From NCBI GenBank assembly GCA_965208105.1, contig OZ242318.1, positions 4,512,001 to 4,576,000 on the forward strand: a DNA stretch of 64,000 bases, in the 5' to 3' direction. This DNA is from Candidatus Latescibacterota bacterium (GTDB lineage: Bacteria; Latescibacterota; UBA2968; UBA8231). A program made the translations under genes and the position numbers. The notes beneath the pieces are model-generated. The model was not told where the DNA came from, did no database searches, and saw only the letters and a program-made list of their open reading frames with translations. Shown here piece after piece: positions 19,597 through 31,815 of this stretch; the first letter of the stretch is position 1; every line of letters begins with the position of its first letter.

Positions 19597-19756
19597 GGGA
19601 CCGGTCAGGAGAATCCTCGAAGACACTATGAGGCGCCTATCAGGCTGACCCTCGACTCTAGATTGAGGCCGCTCCGCGACGCACCCAGGACAGGCGGTAA
19701 CCAACCCGCGAATATCAGTCGGATCAACCGTCGCTACAGCGTCCCTTCTGTTCCCG
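19597..19756 (+). ncRNA. Putative bridge/seek RNA of the IS1111-type element
   Basis: Closing stem CGGGACAGAAGGGAC / GTCCCTTCTGTTCCCG; internal loop strands GACACTA (19622-28) and TCTAG (19657-61) match the insertion site; ATATCAG (19712-18) matches the IS right end. Confidence 0.75.
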
Positions 19757-19826
19757 AACAAACTCATGCAAAGATAACACCCGAAACGACCACCCCGGAG
19801 GGGGTTGACAACCGTCAATACATATC

Positions 19827-19992
19827 AGTGTCCCGTCGCAGAAATATGTCGCCATTATTCCGCCGATCCATCCCGGCTCACGGCGTTGCCTTCACTCGCC
19901 GTACACCACTGGTACGACCCGCTCAGGCGCCTGGTGAGCCGGGCGCCTCGGCGGCCCAATTTCGTCAACCTATCTCTGCGACGGAACACTAG
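19827..19992. mobile_element. MITE copy 1 (left TIR interrupted by the IS; the leading CTAG remains at 18277-18280)
   Basis: Near-identical to 62626-62793; ends TCTGCGACGGAACACTAG. Confidence 0.85.
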
Positions 19993-20077
19993 TTCCCCGA
20001 TGACTTTTTCATCGGGCTGCCAGGGCGCCATCCCATCGCAGCTGGCATGGCCACAGGCGCAGCGCAGCCGGGGTTGA

Positions 20078-22420
<2,343 letters not shown>

Positions 22421-22451
22421 AGCGTCCTGCATCCCGGGAGAAAGGATCGAA

Positions 22452-23444
22452 ATGGCGTCGGTCAGGCTGGGATTCATCGGCTGTGGCAGCTGTGCCCGAG
22501 GGCACATGCGGCAGGTGCTGGAGATTCCCGAGGTGGAGGTGGTGGGTCTGTGCGACGTGGATGAGCACAGTCTGAGTCAGGCCAGGGAGCAGTATGAGGC
22601 CCTCGGGGACACCCCGGGCTTCCGGGATCACCTGGAGCTTCTGGATCGGGTGGAGATGGACGCGGTGGAAATCTCCACCCCCCATACTCTGCACTTCGAC
22701 CAGATCCTGGCGGCCCTGGACAGGGGACTCCACGTTCTGACCGAAAAGCCCATGGTTTGCACCGTGGACCACGCCCGCCGGGTGATCAGCAAATCGCAAG
22801 AGGCGGGCAGGATTCTGATGATATCCTACCAGCGCCATCTTGCGCCCCAGTTCCGCTACGTGCGCAGCCAGATCATGGCGGGAGAGCTGGGAGAGATCCA
22901 GTTCGTGGCGGCACTGCAGGACCAGAAGTGGTACGAGAGCACCAGGGGAGCCTGGCGCCAGCAGTTGGCCCTCTCGGGAGGGGGCCAGTTGAACGATTCG
23001 GGCAGCCACCTTCTGGACATCGTGCTGTGGATGACCGGCCTGGAGGTGGAGGAGGTGCAGGCCTACATGGAGAATTTCGACTCGGAGGTCGATATCAATT
23101 CCGCCCTTTGCGTGCGCTTCAAGGGCGGGGCGCTGGGCAACCTGTCGGTAGTGGGGAGGGGGCCCGCAGCGGGCATATGGGAAGATATCACCATCTGGGG
23201 CAGCAAGGCCGCCGTCTACATGCGCAACGGCCACATCACCTGGAAATCGGCGCACCACTCCACGGAGAGCTTCGAGCCCGGCGGATTCCCGGCCGCCGTC
23301 AGCCCGGACCGCAACTTCATCGACGCCATTCTGGGCAGGGACGACATCCAGGTGCCTGCCATCTGCGGGCTGAGGGTCATCCAGCTCACCGAAGCGGCCT
23401 GGGAGTCGGCGCGCCGGGGAATGCCGGTCAAGGTGGCGGGTTGA
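22452..23444 (+). CDS. Gfo/Idh/MocA family oxidoreductase
   Basis: GFIGCG, TPHTLH, EKPM, GGGQLNDSGSH. Confidence 0.92.
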   Translation: MASVRLGFIGCGSCARGHMRQVLEIPEVEVVGLCDVDEHSLSQAREQYEALGDTPGFRDHLELLDRVEMDAVEISTPHTLHFDQILAALDRGLHVLTEKPMVCTVDHARRVISKSQEAGRILMISYQRHLAPQFRYVRSQIMAGELGEIQFVAALQDQKWYESTRGAWRQQLALSGGGQLNDSGSHLLDIVLWMTGLEVEEVQAYMENFDSEVDINSALCVRFKGGALGNLSVVGRGPAAGIWEDITIWGSKAAVYMRNGHITWKSAHHSTESFEPGGFPAAVSPDRNFIDAILGRDDIQVPAICGLRVIQLTEAAWESARRGMPVKVAG

Positions 23445-23531
23445 GTCGCCCGGCCGCCGCTGCCGGAAACGAAGGAGGTGTCCCGTGGTTGCCGATTCAT
23501 CCTCACACCATTCGGAAATGGAGATGGCTCA

Positions 23532-24401
23532 ATGAGCTGGAAATTCGAGCGCGTTGCCGGCCCCGTCGGGTTTGCCGAAGGGCCGGCCTGGGACGGGGAG
23601 GCGGTCCTGTTCACGGACATCCCCAACAGCCTCATCATGCGCTACGACTGCCGCAGCGGCGGGTGCAGCCAGTTCCGCGCGGGGACGAACGAGGCCAACG
23701 GGCTGATGTTCGACCGGGATGGCCGGCTCTTCGCCTGCGAGGGAGGAGGGCGCAGGGTTGTGCTCTATCAGCCCGACGGCACCTCCACCGTCATTGCCGA
23801 CCGCTTTGAGGGAAGGCGCCTCAACAGCCCCAACGACCTGGCGTTCGACGGCGCGGGAAGGCTGTGGTTCACCGACCCGCGCTACGGCGACGTAGTCGAC
23901 GACCTGGAGCTCGATCACCAGTCGGTGTTTCGCCTGGACCCGGGGTCGGGCGGCCGCTGGGAGGTCCACCGCGCGACCTTCGACACCACCAGGCCCAACG
24001 GTCTTCTGGTCTCCCCCGACCAGCGTTGGCTGTACGTTGCCCAGAGCCACTATGGTGAAAAGCTGGAGCTGCGCGCCTATCCCATCGACGCGGAGGGCGC
24101 GCTCGGACCCTGCGAGGTGCTGCACAATTTCCATCCCCATCGAGGCATCGACGGCATGTGCCTGGACACGGACGGCAACATCGTCGCCACCGCCGGGTGG
24201 GAGGAAAGCGGTCCGGGCCCCATGATCTACGTCTTTTCACCTCGGGGACGGGTACTGGCCACCCACTCCGTTCCGGCGGACAGGCCGACCAACTGCACCT
24301 TCGGGGATGCCGACCGCAAGACCCTTTACGTCACCGCCAGCGGTTGCCTGTTCCGCGCCCGTACCGAGCATACGGGATACATGATTTTTCCGCCCGGGTA
24401 A
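23532..24401 (+). CDS. SMP-30/gluconolactonase family protein
   Basis: FAEGPAW, NSPNDL, FTDP, PNGL, DGMCLD, TNCTFG. Confidence 0.92.
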   Translation: MSWKFERVAGPVGFAEGPAWDGEAVLFTDIPNSLIMRYDCRSGGCSQFRAGTNEANGLMFDRDGRLFACEGGGRRVVLYQPDGTSTVIADRFEGRRLNSPNDLAFDGAGRLWFTDPRYGDVVDDLELDHQSVFRLDPGSGGRWEVHRATFDTTRPNGLLVSPDQRWLYVAQSHYGEKLELRAYPIDAEGALGPCEVLHNFHPHRGIDGMCLDTDGNIVATAGWEESGPGPMIYVFSPRGRVLATHSVPADRPTNCTFGDADRKTLYVTASGCLFRARTEHTGYMIFPPG

Positions 24402-24493
24402 TTTCCCCGGAGGTCCGCAATCACCCGGGTGTCCGGGCTCGACCGCATCGGCGAAGGGACGCCCCGTCCCGGTCCCGAGGAAGGAGAGTTCCA

Positions 24494-25450
24494 ATGTTGA
24501 AGGCGGGGTTCATCGGCGCAGGAGGGCGCAGCCGCACGGCGCACTACCCCTGTGTCAAGCGCTTGCCCGAGGTCGAGATGAGTGCCGTTTGCGAGTTGGA
24601 CGAGGACCGCCTGGGGCAGATCGTGAGGGAGTACGACTTCGACCATGTTTTCACCGACCATCGCCGCATGCTCGACGAGGTGGACCTGGACGTGGTCTAC
24701 TGCGTCATGAGGGAGCACATGCTGCTGGCCCCCGCCCTGGACTGCATCAATGCGGGAAAGCACGTGTTCATCGAGAAACCGCCGGGCGCCAACAGCGCCG
24801 AGACCCAGCGCATGCTCGATGCGGCCATAGCCGGCGACGTCTACGTGATGGTGGGGTTCCAGCGCCGCTACGCCGCGGTGACGCGGGAGGCCATGCGGCT
24901 GGTCGGTTCCAAGGGGCCCGTCTCGCTGGCGACGGCAACCTTCAACAAGCGGATACTTGGCGGGGACGGCAAGGAGTTCACCACCACCCTGTGGAACGAC
25001 GTCAGTCACGTGGTGGACCTGCTGCGCTACATGGCCGGCGGAGAACCGGTGGAGGTGCATGCCTACCGCGACAGGTTCGGCGGTGAGAGCCGCAATCACT
25101 ACACCGCGCTGGTTCGCTTCGACAACGGTTCGACCGGGGCGGTCTTCGGCAACCGCGCATCCGGCGGGCGCGTTCTGCGCTCGGAGCTGCACGGAGTGGG
25201 AATCGGATGCTACATGAAGATCCCGGAGGAGATCGAGATCTACGAAGACGACGAGAGCCGGATTGTGGGCGGCTGGGAGGTGGACGGCGTCGACATGGAC
25301 GACGTTCGCCGCTACGAGGGTACCCTCACCATGCACGAGCACTTCGTCGACTGTGTCCTCAACCGCAAAACCCCGATCTCGGACCTGCGCGATGTGATCC
25401 ATTCCATCCACCTGGTCGATCGGATCGAGGGCAACAGGCAGGACCCCTGA
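24494..25450 (+). CDS. Gfo/Idh/MocA family oxidoreductase
   Basis: GFIGAGG, KHVFIEKPP, GFQRRY; AAGGAG RBS. Confidence 0.9.
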   Translation: MLKAGFIGAGGRSRTAHYPCVKRLPEVEMSAVCELDEDRLGQIVREYDFDHVFTDHRRMLDEVDLDVVYCVMREHMLLAPALDCINAGKHVFIEKPPGANSAETQRMLDAAIAGDVYVMVGFQRRYAAVTREAMRLVGSKGPVSLATATFNKRILGGDGKEFTTTLWNDVSHVVDLLRYMAGGEPVEVHAYRDRFGGESRNHYTALVRFDNGSTGAVFGNRASGGRVLRSELHGVGIGCYMKIPEEIEIYEDDESRIVGGWEVDGVDMDDVRRYEGTLTMHEHFVDCVLNRKTPISDLRDVIHSIHLVDRIEGNRQDP

Positions 25451-25557
25451 GCGGCGGTCGGCCTCCCGTGGTTTCTCCCATGCCCGGTCTGCGGCTGCGG
25501 GGGAACTCCCGAATGGCGTTTTCGCCCGAAGGCAGGGGGGCCGCGCCAGAGGACTCC

Positions 25558-26508
25558 ATGCTACTGAAATCGGCTATCGAGGCCATCGGCGGGACCCCGC
25601 TGGTGGAGCTGGAGCGCCTGACGGCGAAGCTGGACGGCCGAATCTTGGCCAAGCTGGAGTACCTGAACCCGGGTTTTTCCAAGAAGGACCGGATTGCCCG
25701 CCAGATCGTCGAAGAGGCGGAGGCGGACGGATCGCTGCGGCGCGGGCAGACCGTGGTCGAGTTGACCAGCGGCAATACGGGAACGGGCCTGGCCATTGTT
25801 TGCGCGGTCAAGGGCTATCCGCTGGTCGCCGTCATGTCCTCGGGCAACTCGGTGGAAAGGGCGCGAATGCTGGCGGCCATGGGCGCCGAGGTCGTCCTGG
25901 TCGACCAGGCGCCCGGTTCCGTTCCCGGCCAGGTCTCGGGCGCGGATCTGGAGCTGGTCGAGCTGGAGACCCGCAGAATTGTGGCGGAGCGCAACGCCTT
26001 TCGCGCCGACCAGTTCCACCACCGCGGAAATTTCCGCGCCCACTACCTCCACACCGGGCCCGAGATTCTGGAGCAGGCAGGGTCCCAAATCGATGGGTTC
26101 TGCGATTTCGTCGGCAGCGCCGGCACTTTCGCCGGCTGCGCCGCCGCCTTCAAGGAGTACAGCCCGGCCATCAGGTGTTTCGTGGTCGAGCCCTGGGGCG
26201 CCGCGGCCCTGGCGGGAGAAAAGGTGTCCAGAGCGGAGCATCCCATTCAGGGCGGGGGCTACTCGATGGCGGAACTGGCGCTGCTGCGCAGGGAGCACGT
26301 GGATGGATTCATCCAGGTAAGCGCCGCGGAGGCGGCGGCGTCCGCCCGGGCACTGGCGCGCAAGGAGGGGATCTTCGCCGGGTTCTCGTCCGGCGCCAAT
26401 ATTTCCGCGGCGACCCGCCTGCTCCAGGGGGAGCTGCGGGGAAGGACCATCGTCGTCGCCATGAACGATTCAGGCTTGAAATACCTCAGCACGGATTTGT
26501 GGGAATGA
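25558..26508 (+). CDS. PLP-dependent cysteine synthase family protein
   Basis: IGGTPLV, KLEYLNPGFSKKDR, TSGNTG, GSAGT, SSGAN, DSGLKYLS. Confidence 0.9.
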   Translation: MLLKSAIEAIGGTPLVELERLTAKLDGRILAKLEYLNPGFSKKDRIARQIVEEAEADGSLRRGQTVVELTSGNTGTGLAIVCAVKGYPLVAVMSSGNSVERARMLAAMGAEVVLVDQAPGSVPGQVSGADLELVELETRRIVAERNAFRADQFHHRGNFRAHYLHTGPEILEQAGSQIDGFCDFVGSAGTFAGCAAAFKEYSPAIRCFVVEPWGAAALAGEKVSRAEHPIQGGGYSMAELALLRREHVDGFIQVSAAEAAASARALARKEGIFAGFSSGANISAATRLLQGELRGRTIVVAMNDSGLKYLSTDLWE

Positions 26509-26584
26509 AACAACAAGGAGAGGGCGCCGGGTTTCTGATGGCCGGCCGGAGAACAGGGCGGCGCCGCAACAGCAGGGGAAGGAC

Positions 26585-27562
26585 TTGATCGTCGTCAGCA
26601 GCATCAACGGCAAGATCGGCCTGCCGGCCGCCCTCGAGGTTCTGGAGCGAGGGGGAAGCGCATTGGACGCGGTGGAAGCGGGGACGCACCTGGTGGAGCG
26701 CAACGCGCAGGATCAGAGCGTGGGCCTTGGAGGACTCCCCAACCTGCCGGGAGAGGTTCGCCTGGACGCCGCCATCATGGATGGACGCACCCTGCGGGCA
26801 GGCGCCGTCGGCTCGGTAAGAGGCTGCGTCCACGTGATTACCCTGGCGCGCCGGGTCATGGAGGAGACGCCGCACGTATTCCTCGTGGGTGCCGGGGCCG
26901 AGCGCCTGGCGCGCGAGCTGGGAATGTCGGAGGAAGAGCTGCTGACCCCGGCCGCCCGGTCCAGGTGGCTCCGGGGACTGCAGCACCACTATCCAGGTCT
27001 CGAGGTGGACCGGTTGGACTCGCGAGGCGAGATGCTCGACATGGTGCGCAAGCTGAACCAGCCCATGGCCGGCTGGTCCCCGGAGGCGCCCCACGGTACG
27101 GTCAACTTCATCGCCCGCGACGGCAGGGGAAACCTGGCGACCGCGGTGAGCACCAGCGGATGGCCCTGGAGCTACCCCGGACGCCTGGGGGATTCCCCGG
27201 TTATCGGCGCCGGATCCTACGCCGACAACAGGTGGGGGGCGGCCGCTTCGACAGGAACCGGGGAGGTGGTGTTGCGCACCTCCGCAACCCGGAGTATCAT
27301 CCTCTATCTGAAGATGGGGATGGACCTGGCCCCGGCGGTGAAGGAGGCTCTCAGGGACCTGCGCGACCTGCGCGATCCCCACGCCGATCACATCGCGATC
27401 ATCGCCATGGACCGCCGCGGGGCCCACGTGGGCTACGCCCACCGCCCCGGGGCGCGTTACGCCTGGATGGGTCCCGGGATGGAAGAGCCCGGGGAAGGCC
27501 CCATGGCCTCGCCCGGCATGGGTGAGGAGGAAAGTCGGGCAGAGGGAGGAATGCAGCAATGA
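26585..27562 (+). CDS. Isoaspartyl peptidase / glycosylasparaginase (Ntn hydrolase)
   Basis: SALDAVE, LDAAIMDG, G|TV autoprocessing site, STSG, GRLGDSPVIGAG, TGTGE. Confidence 0.88.
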   Translation: MIVVSSINGKIGLPAALEVLERGGSALDAVEAGTHLVERNAQDQSVGLGGLPNLPGEVRLDAAIMDGRTLRAGAVGSVRGCVHVITLARRVMEETPHVFLVGAGAERLARELGMSEEELLTPAARSRWLRGLQHHYPGLEVDRLDSRGEMLDMVRKLNQPMAGWSPEAPHGTVNFIARDGRGNLATAVSTSGWPWSYPGRLGDSPVIGAGSYADNRWGAAASTGTGEVVLRTSATRSIILYLKMGMDLAPAVKEALRDLRDLRDPHADHIAIIAMDRRGAHVGYAHRPGARYAWMGPGMEEPGEGPMASPGMGEEESRAEGGMQQ

Positions 27563-28563
27563 AGAGACGGGTATTGGGAAGGACGGGGGTCGAGGTGAGC
27601 GAGCTTGGACTTGGCGGAGCCTTCGTCTCCTCGAAAGGGGGTCCCTTCGAGCAGGCAAGAGACGCGGTGCGCCGCGCCCTGGACCTGGGCATCGACTTCA
27701 TCGATACGGCTCCAGGCTACAATGACAGCGAAGAGGTGCTTGGAAAATCCCTCTCCGGAGTGGAGAAACCCGTGGTGCTCTCCACCAAGCTGGGAGGCCG
27801 GCCGCAGCCCTTTCGGCCCCGCGACCCGAGGTGCCTGCGCCAGTCCGTCGAGAACAGCCTGCGCCTGCTGCGGCGCGACTACATCGACATACTCATGATC
27901 CACGAGCCGGACAGGACCGGGCAGTACGACTGGTGGACGGACTCGGAGAATTACCTCGGGCCGGTGCTGGATGTGATGGAGGAGTTCAAGGAGAAGGGGG
28001 TGGTCCGCCATACCGGAATAGGGGGAACGACCGCCTACGAAATCGAGCCCATCATGCGCACCGGCCGTTTCGACGTGGTATTGACCGCATTCAACTACAG
28101 TCTGCTTTGGCGCGAGGCCGAGCACCTTGTCATTCCCGCCGCCAGAGAGCTCGACATGGGCATCGTCGTGGGGTCGCCCCTGCAGCAGGGTGCTCTTTCC
28201 AGGCGCTACGACGCCGAGGTGAGACACGGGGCTCGATGGCTCAGCCTGCCGCGGCGGAAGCAGTACATCGCACTCTACGAATATCTCGACGAGCTCGGCA
28301 TGTCGCTCCCCGAGCTGGGACTGCGCTTCGTCATCTCCAATCCGGACGTTTCATGCGTCCTTACGGGGGCGCGCTCCTCCGCCGAGGTCGAGTCCAATGT
28401 GGCGCTGGTGGAAAAGGGGCCGCTGCCCTCGGAAGTGCTGGCGCGACTCGACGAGATCGCCGCCATGGTGCCCTTCAGACCTTTCGAGGAGGCCTTCAAT
28501 CTGCCCTTCGAGCGCGAACACCGCGGTCTCATGACGGCCGGGTCCAACGAAAAACCACGCTAA
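27559..28563 (+). CDS. Aldo/keto reductase
   Basis: LGRTGVEVSELGLG, DTAPGY..SE, STK, SLRLLRRDYIDILMIH. Confidence 0.92.
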   Translation: MKRRVLGRTGVEVSELGLGGAFVSSKGGPFEQARDAVRRALDLGIDFIDTAPGYNDSEEVLGKSLSGVEKPVVLSTKLGGRPQPFRPRDPRCLRQSVENSLRLLRRDYIDILMIHEPDRTGQYDWWTDSENYLGPVLDVMEEFKEKGVVRHTGIGGTTAYEIEPIMRTGRFDVVLTAFNYSLLWREAEHLVIPAARELDMGIVVGSPLQQGALSRRYDAEVRHGARWLSLPRRKQYIALYEYLDELGMSLPELGLRFVISNPDVSCVLTGARSSAEVESNVALVEKGPLPSEVLARLDEIAAMVPFRPFEEAFNLPFEREHRGLMTAGSNEKPR

Positions 28564-28575
28564 AGGAGGTAACCC

Positions 28576-29592
28576 ATGAAAATCCCCATACTCCACGGTC
28601 CCCGCGACCTGCGCCTCGAGGAACAGGAGTTGGACACCGACAACCTGAATCCACACCAGGTCTGGATAGAGACCGAGATCAGCGCCTTCAAGATCGGTAC
28701 GGACCGGGGCAACTACGAAGGGGCAGAGGACGTGCCCGGAGCGCCAACCTATCCCAGGCCCGTGGGAGACAGCAGCCTTGGTACCGTGCGGGGAATGGGC
28801 AGTGCGGTGGAAGGCCTGGCGCTGGGCGACCGCGTCTTCTCCCAGAACTGGCACCAGTCGGAGTACATCCTCGACCAGAGGGAGGCGGCGATCGTCAAGG
28901 TCCCCGAGGGAGTGCATTCGGAGGACGCCGTCTACACCGGGCTCTATACCCTGAGCGCCCATTGCTACCGCAAGGCGATGTTCATGCCCGGAGAGAACGT
29001 GGCGGTGGTGGGGCTGGGTACGCTGGGCCTGGGGGCGGTGGGACTGGGGCGGGTATTCGGGGCCCGGGTGATAGGGCTGGCCAACAGTCCGGTCCGCCTG
29101 GAGATGGGCGAGCGCATGGGGACTCACGCCGGGTTCCTTTCGGACGATCCGGACCTGGAGGCCAAGCTCGACGAGTTCACCGGCGGAGCCGGGGTCGACC
29201 TGGTGATCCTCACGGCCAACCCCTGGCCGGCCTACCGCACCGCCGTGCAGGTGGTGCGCCCCGGCGGCCGCGTCTCCATCGTCAGCCTGCCCGAGCGCGG
29301 CGAGAAGCCCCTCGACTTCAACCCGCTGTCCATGGAGTGGTTCTACATCAAGGGGATATCCCTGATCGCGGTGTCGACCCCGGGCGGGTACCTGTTTCCC
29401 TCGGCCGAGGAGGAACGCTTTACCCGCGAGCGCAACATGGCCCACACCCTCTCGCTAATGGCCGACGGAGGCCTGGAGCCCAAGCGGCTGATCACCCACC
29501 GGATGCACTACTCGGAGATGGTGCAGGCCTACGAGATGGCCTACCACCGCGAGAAGTCCATGCTGGGGGTCATATTCCAGTGGAAGGACTGA
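28576..29592 (+). CDS. Medium-chain dehydrogenase/reductase family protein
   Basis: GroES-like N-terminus, VVGLGTLG Rossmann motif, GVDLVI, LITHR. Confidence 0.85.
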   Translation: MKIPILHGPRDLRLEEQELDTDNLNPHQVWIETEISAFKIGTDRGNYEGAEDVPGAPTYPRPVGDSSLGTVRGMGSAVEGLALGDRVFSQNWHQSEYILDQREAAIVKVPEGVHSEDAVYTGLYTLSAHCYRKAMFMPGENVAVVGLGTLGLGAVGLGRVFGARVIGLANSPVRLEMGERMGTHAGFLSDDPDLEAKLDEFTGGAGVDLVILTANPWPAYRTAVQVVRPGGRVSIVSLPERGEKPLDFNPLSMEWFYIKGISLIAVSTPGGYLFPSAEEERFTRERNMAHTLSLMADGGLEPKRLITHRMHYSEMVQAYEMAYHREKSMLGVIFQWKD

Positions 29593-29602
29593 GCCCTTCC
29601 CT

Positions 29603-30781
29603 TCAGCCTTCTCGGTCTACCTCGTAGCGCGCCAGCGCGTCGGGGTCCAGCTCGATCCCCAGGCCGGGGCGCCGGGGCAGGGGAATCCGTCCGCCTTCCA
29701 TGGTGAGCTCGTCGGCGACCAGCTCGCGGCGCAGTGCGCTCTCGGACAGCTCGGCGGGCAGAAACTCGATGAAGGGACAGCAGGCCGTCGCGGCGCAGAG
29801 ATGGGCGCTGGCGGCGATGCCGATTCCGCTCTTCCAGCAGTGCGGCACGACGAGGCGGCCGCGGTCGGCGGCCAGGTCGCAGACCTTGCGCGCTTCGGTG
29901 AACCCCCCGACGCGTCCGACGTCGGGCTGCAGCACGTCCACCATTCCCCTGTCAGCCAGGTCCACGAACTCCCAGTGGGTGTTCTGCCATTCGCCGGCGG
30001 CGATGGGAATGGGGGAGTGGTTGTGGAGAAAGGCGTATCCGTCCAGGTCGTCGATGTCGATGGGGGTTTCGAGGAAGAATACGTCGTAGGGCTCCAGGCG
30101 CTGGAGCACGCGCAGGGCTTCCCTGGCGCCGGACCAGGAATAGGCCACGTCCACCATCATGGTGAATCCGGCGCCAACGGCCTCGCGGCAGGCGGCGACG
30201 GTCGCGACGATGTCATCGTCGCTGCCCTGAATGGCGTTGTGGGTGTAGGGCCCCTTGATGCAGACCTCCATCTTGCCCGCCTCGAAGCCGCGGGCTTTGG
30301 CCTCGGTGGCCTTGGATACCAGGCTGTCCCGGGCTTCATCCACGGAGCGCCCGGTGGGAAGCAGGCTGGCGTAGGGGGTGATGCTGTCCTTTACCGCCCC
30401 TCCGAGCAATTTGTAGACCGGAACCCCCAGCGCTTTTCCCCGAATGTCCCAAAGGGCCATGTCGATGGCCCCCAGCGCGCAGATCAGGGCTCCCCTGCGA
30501 CCGGTCATTTTCGAACCGGTGTAGAGCCGTCTCCAGACGGCCTCGGGCTGTAGAGGGTCGGCTCCGATGAGCATTTCTTCCAGGCAGAGGTCCATGCAGT
30601 GGGTGCCGGGAGAGCGGATACAGGCACGCGCCACCCACGGGTTGGTGTCGGTTTCGCCGATCCCCGTTATGCCCTCGTCTGTGTGGACCACCACGACAAG
30701 GTCGTCCTGGGCGGAACTGCAGGCGGTTGGATCCAGGTCGGGGATGGAAAGAATGTGGCAGTCGATGCGGGTGATCTTCAT
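29603..30781 (-). CDS. Mandelate racemase/muconate lactonizing (enolase superfamily) enzyme
   Basis: TDEGITGIGE, IDMALWDIRGKALGVPVYKLLGG, metal ligands D/E/E, QPDVGRVGG, PGLGIE. Confidence 0.92.
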   Translation of the reverse strand: MKITRIDCHILSIPDLDPTACSSAQDDLVVVVHTDEGITGIGETDTNPWVARACIRSPGTHCMDLCLEEMLIGADPLQPEAVWRRLYTGSKMTGRRGALICALGAIDMALWDIRGKALGVPVYKLLGGAVKDSITPYASLLPTGRSVDEARDSLVSKATEAKARGFEAGKMEVCIKGPYTHNAIQGSDDDIVATVAACREAVGAGFTMMVDVAYSWSGAREALRVLQRLEPYDVFFLETPIDIDDLDGYAFLHNHSPIPIAAGEWQNTHWEFVDLADRGMVDVLQPDVGRVGGFTEARKVCDLAADRGRLVVPHCWKSGIGIAASAHLCAATACCPFIEFLPAELSESALRRELVADELTMEGGRIPLPRRPGLGIELDPDALARYEVDREG

Positions 30782-30786
30782 AAGCG

Positions 30787-31626
30787 TCAACCTTCCTTTA
30801 TTTGGGCAAGAATCTCCATCGCCTCTTCTACCGGAATCTCCCCCAGACCGCCGGCGCTCTCCTGGAAACTCCGCGTCCTGTCGTTGAGCACTCCGTAGAA
30901 TCCGCGGGTTTCGGCGTCGTCGTGGTCGCGCCACAGCGCGGCTGGAATGAAGGACTGGTCGCTGAGGGAGCCGCGCTGGCGGTGGCCATAGTAGATCTGC
31001 ACCGATTTGCGTTCCAACCGGGTGCGGCGCACGGTTACCGTGTGCAGCCGGGACACGTTGAACAGGATGGCAGTGCCGGCGCAGCCGTGCAGGTCGTGGA
31101 CGCCGAAGCGCTCCAGCTGAGCCTCCTTGTCGAGGGTTTCCTCGCCGACAGGTTCAGGTGAAACGGCGAAGCTGTGGGTTGCCTCGCTCACGTCGGTGAG
31201 GTAGACCATCAGCTGGACGTAGCCGATGCGCAGCGGGTGTTCCGGCCAGATGAAGCGGTCCCCGCCGTCCCGGTGCCAGCGGCGTCCGACGCCCCCTTCC
31301 CAGGAGGTCATGCCGGGTAGGGGCTCGCCGGCGTATGGGCCCATGTGGCGCAGGCAGATTTCCGAGAAACACACCTCGCCTCCCATCAATTCTCCGAGGG
31401 GATCCAACACCCTCGGGTGGCGGACGATGCCGTCGAACTCGGGCGCGGAAAGGAGCGCGTCGCAGTTCTGGGTTTGCCAGATGCCGTTCTCTCTCCAGAA
31501 TCTGGCGAAGTCGCGCCGGTCCCGTTCGAAGGAGTCGCCGAAGCGGGCGATCTCCTCGTCGCTCAGGACCTTTCCCAGGGACAGATAGCCGTGGTCCCGG
31601 AAATAATCGTAGTCTTCCCGTTTCAT
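30787..31626 (-). CDS. Phytanoyl-CoA dioxygenase (PhyH) family protein
   Basis: FRDHGYL, WHRD, YLTDV, AGTAILFN..LH. Confidence 0.85.
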   Translation of the reverse strand: MKREDYDYFRDHGYLSLGKVLSDEEIARFGDSFERDRRDFARFWRENGIWQTQNCDALLSAPEFDGIVRHPRVLDPLGELMGGEVCFSEICLRHMGPYAGEPLPGMTSWEGGVGRRWHRDGGDRFIWPEHPLRIGYVQLMVYLTDVSEATHSFAVSPEPVGEETLDKEAQLERFGVHDLHGCAGTAILFNVSRLHTVTVRRTRLERKSVQIYYGHRQRGSLSDQSFIPAALWRDHDDAETRGFYGVLNDRTRSFQESAGGLGEIPVEEAMEILAQIKEG

Positions 31627-31815
31627 TGCCCGTTCCTTTCAATTTGGCGCCTTGCCTCGAGAGGGGGCACAGGGGCCGATGAGGCGAATTCGAACGATTC
31701 CGTCCAGGGGGTGCGCATCTAATATACTCTGATATGGTTGTACCTCATACCTGTGAATGCGTCCACCAGGTGGGTACTCCAGCTTCGGCGACGACGCGGG
31801 CAAGCCCGATCATGA

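Larger units (their letters stand above)
18279..19826 (+). mobile_element. IS110-family insertion sequence, IS1111 type
   Basis: Perfect subterminal IR TATGTATTGACGG (18285-18297) / CCGTCAATACATA (19812-19824); AG core at both junctions (18279-80, 19827-28); ~290-bp non-coding end downstream of the transposase. Confidence 0.92.

Noticed and set aside
19805-19828. TTGACA near the IS right end as a circle-junction promoter
   Set aside because: Plausible by analogy with IS1111-group elements, but no convincing -10 appears at 16-18 bp across the reconstructed junction, so it is not called.
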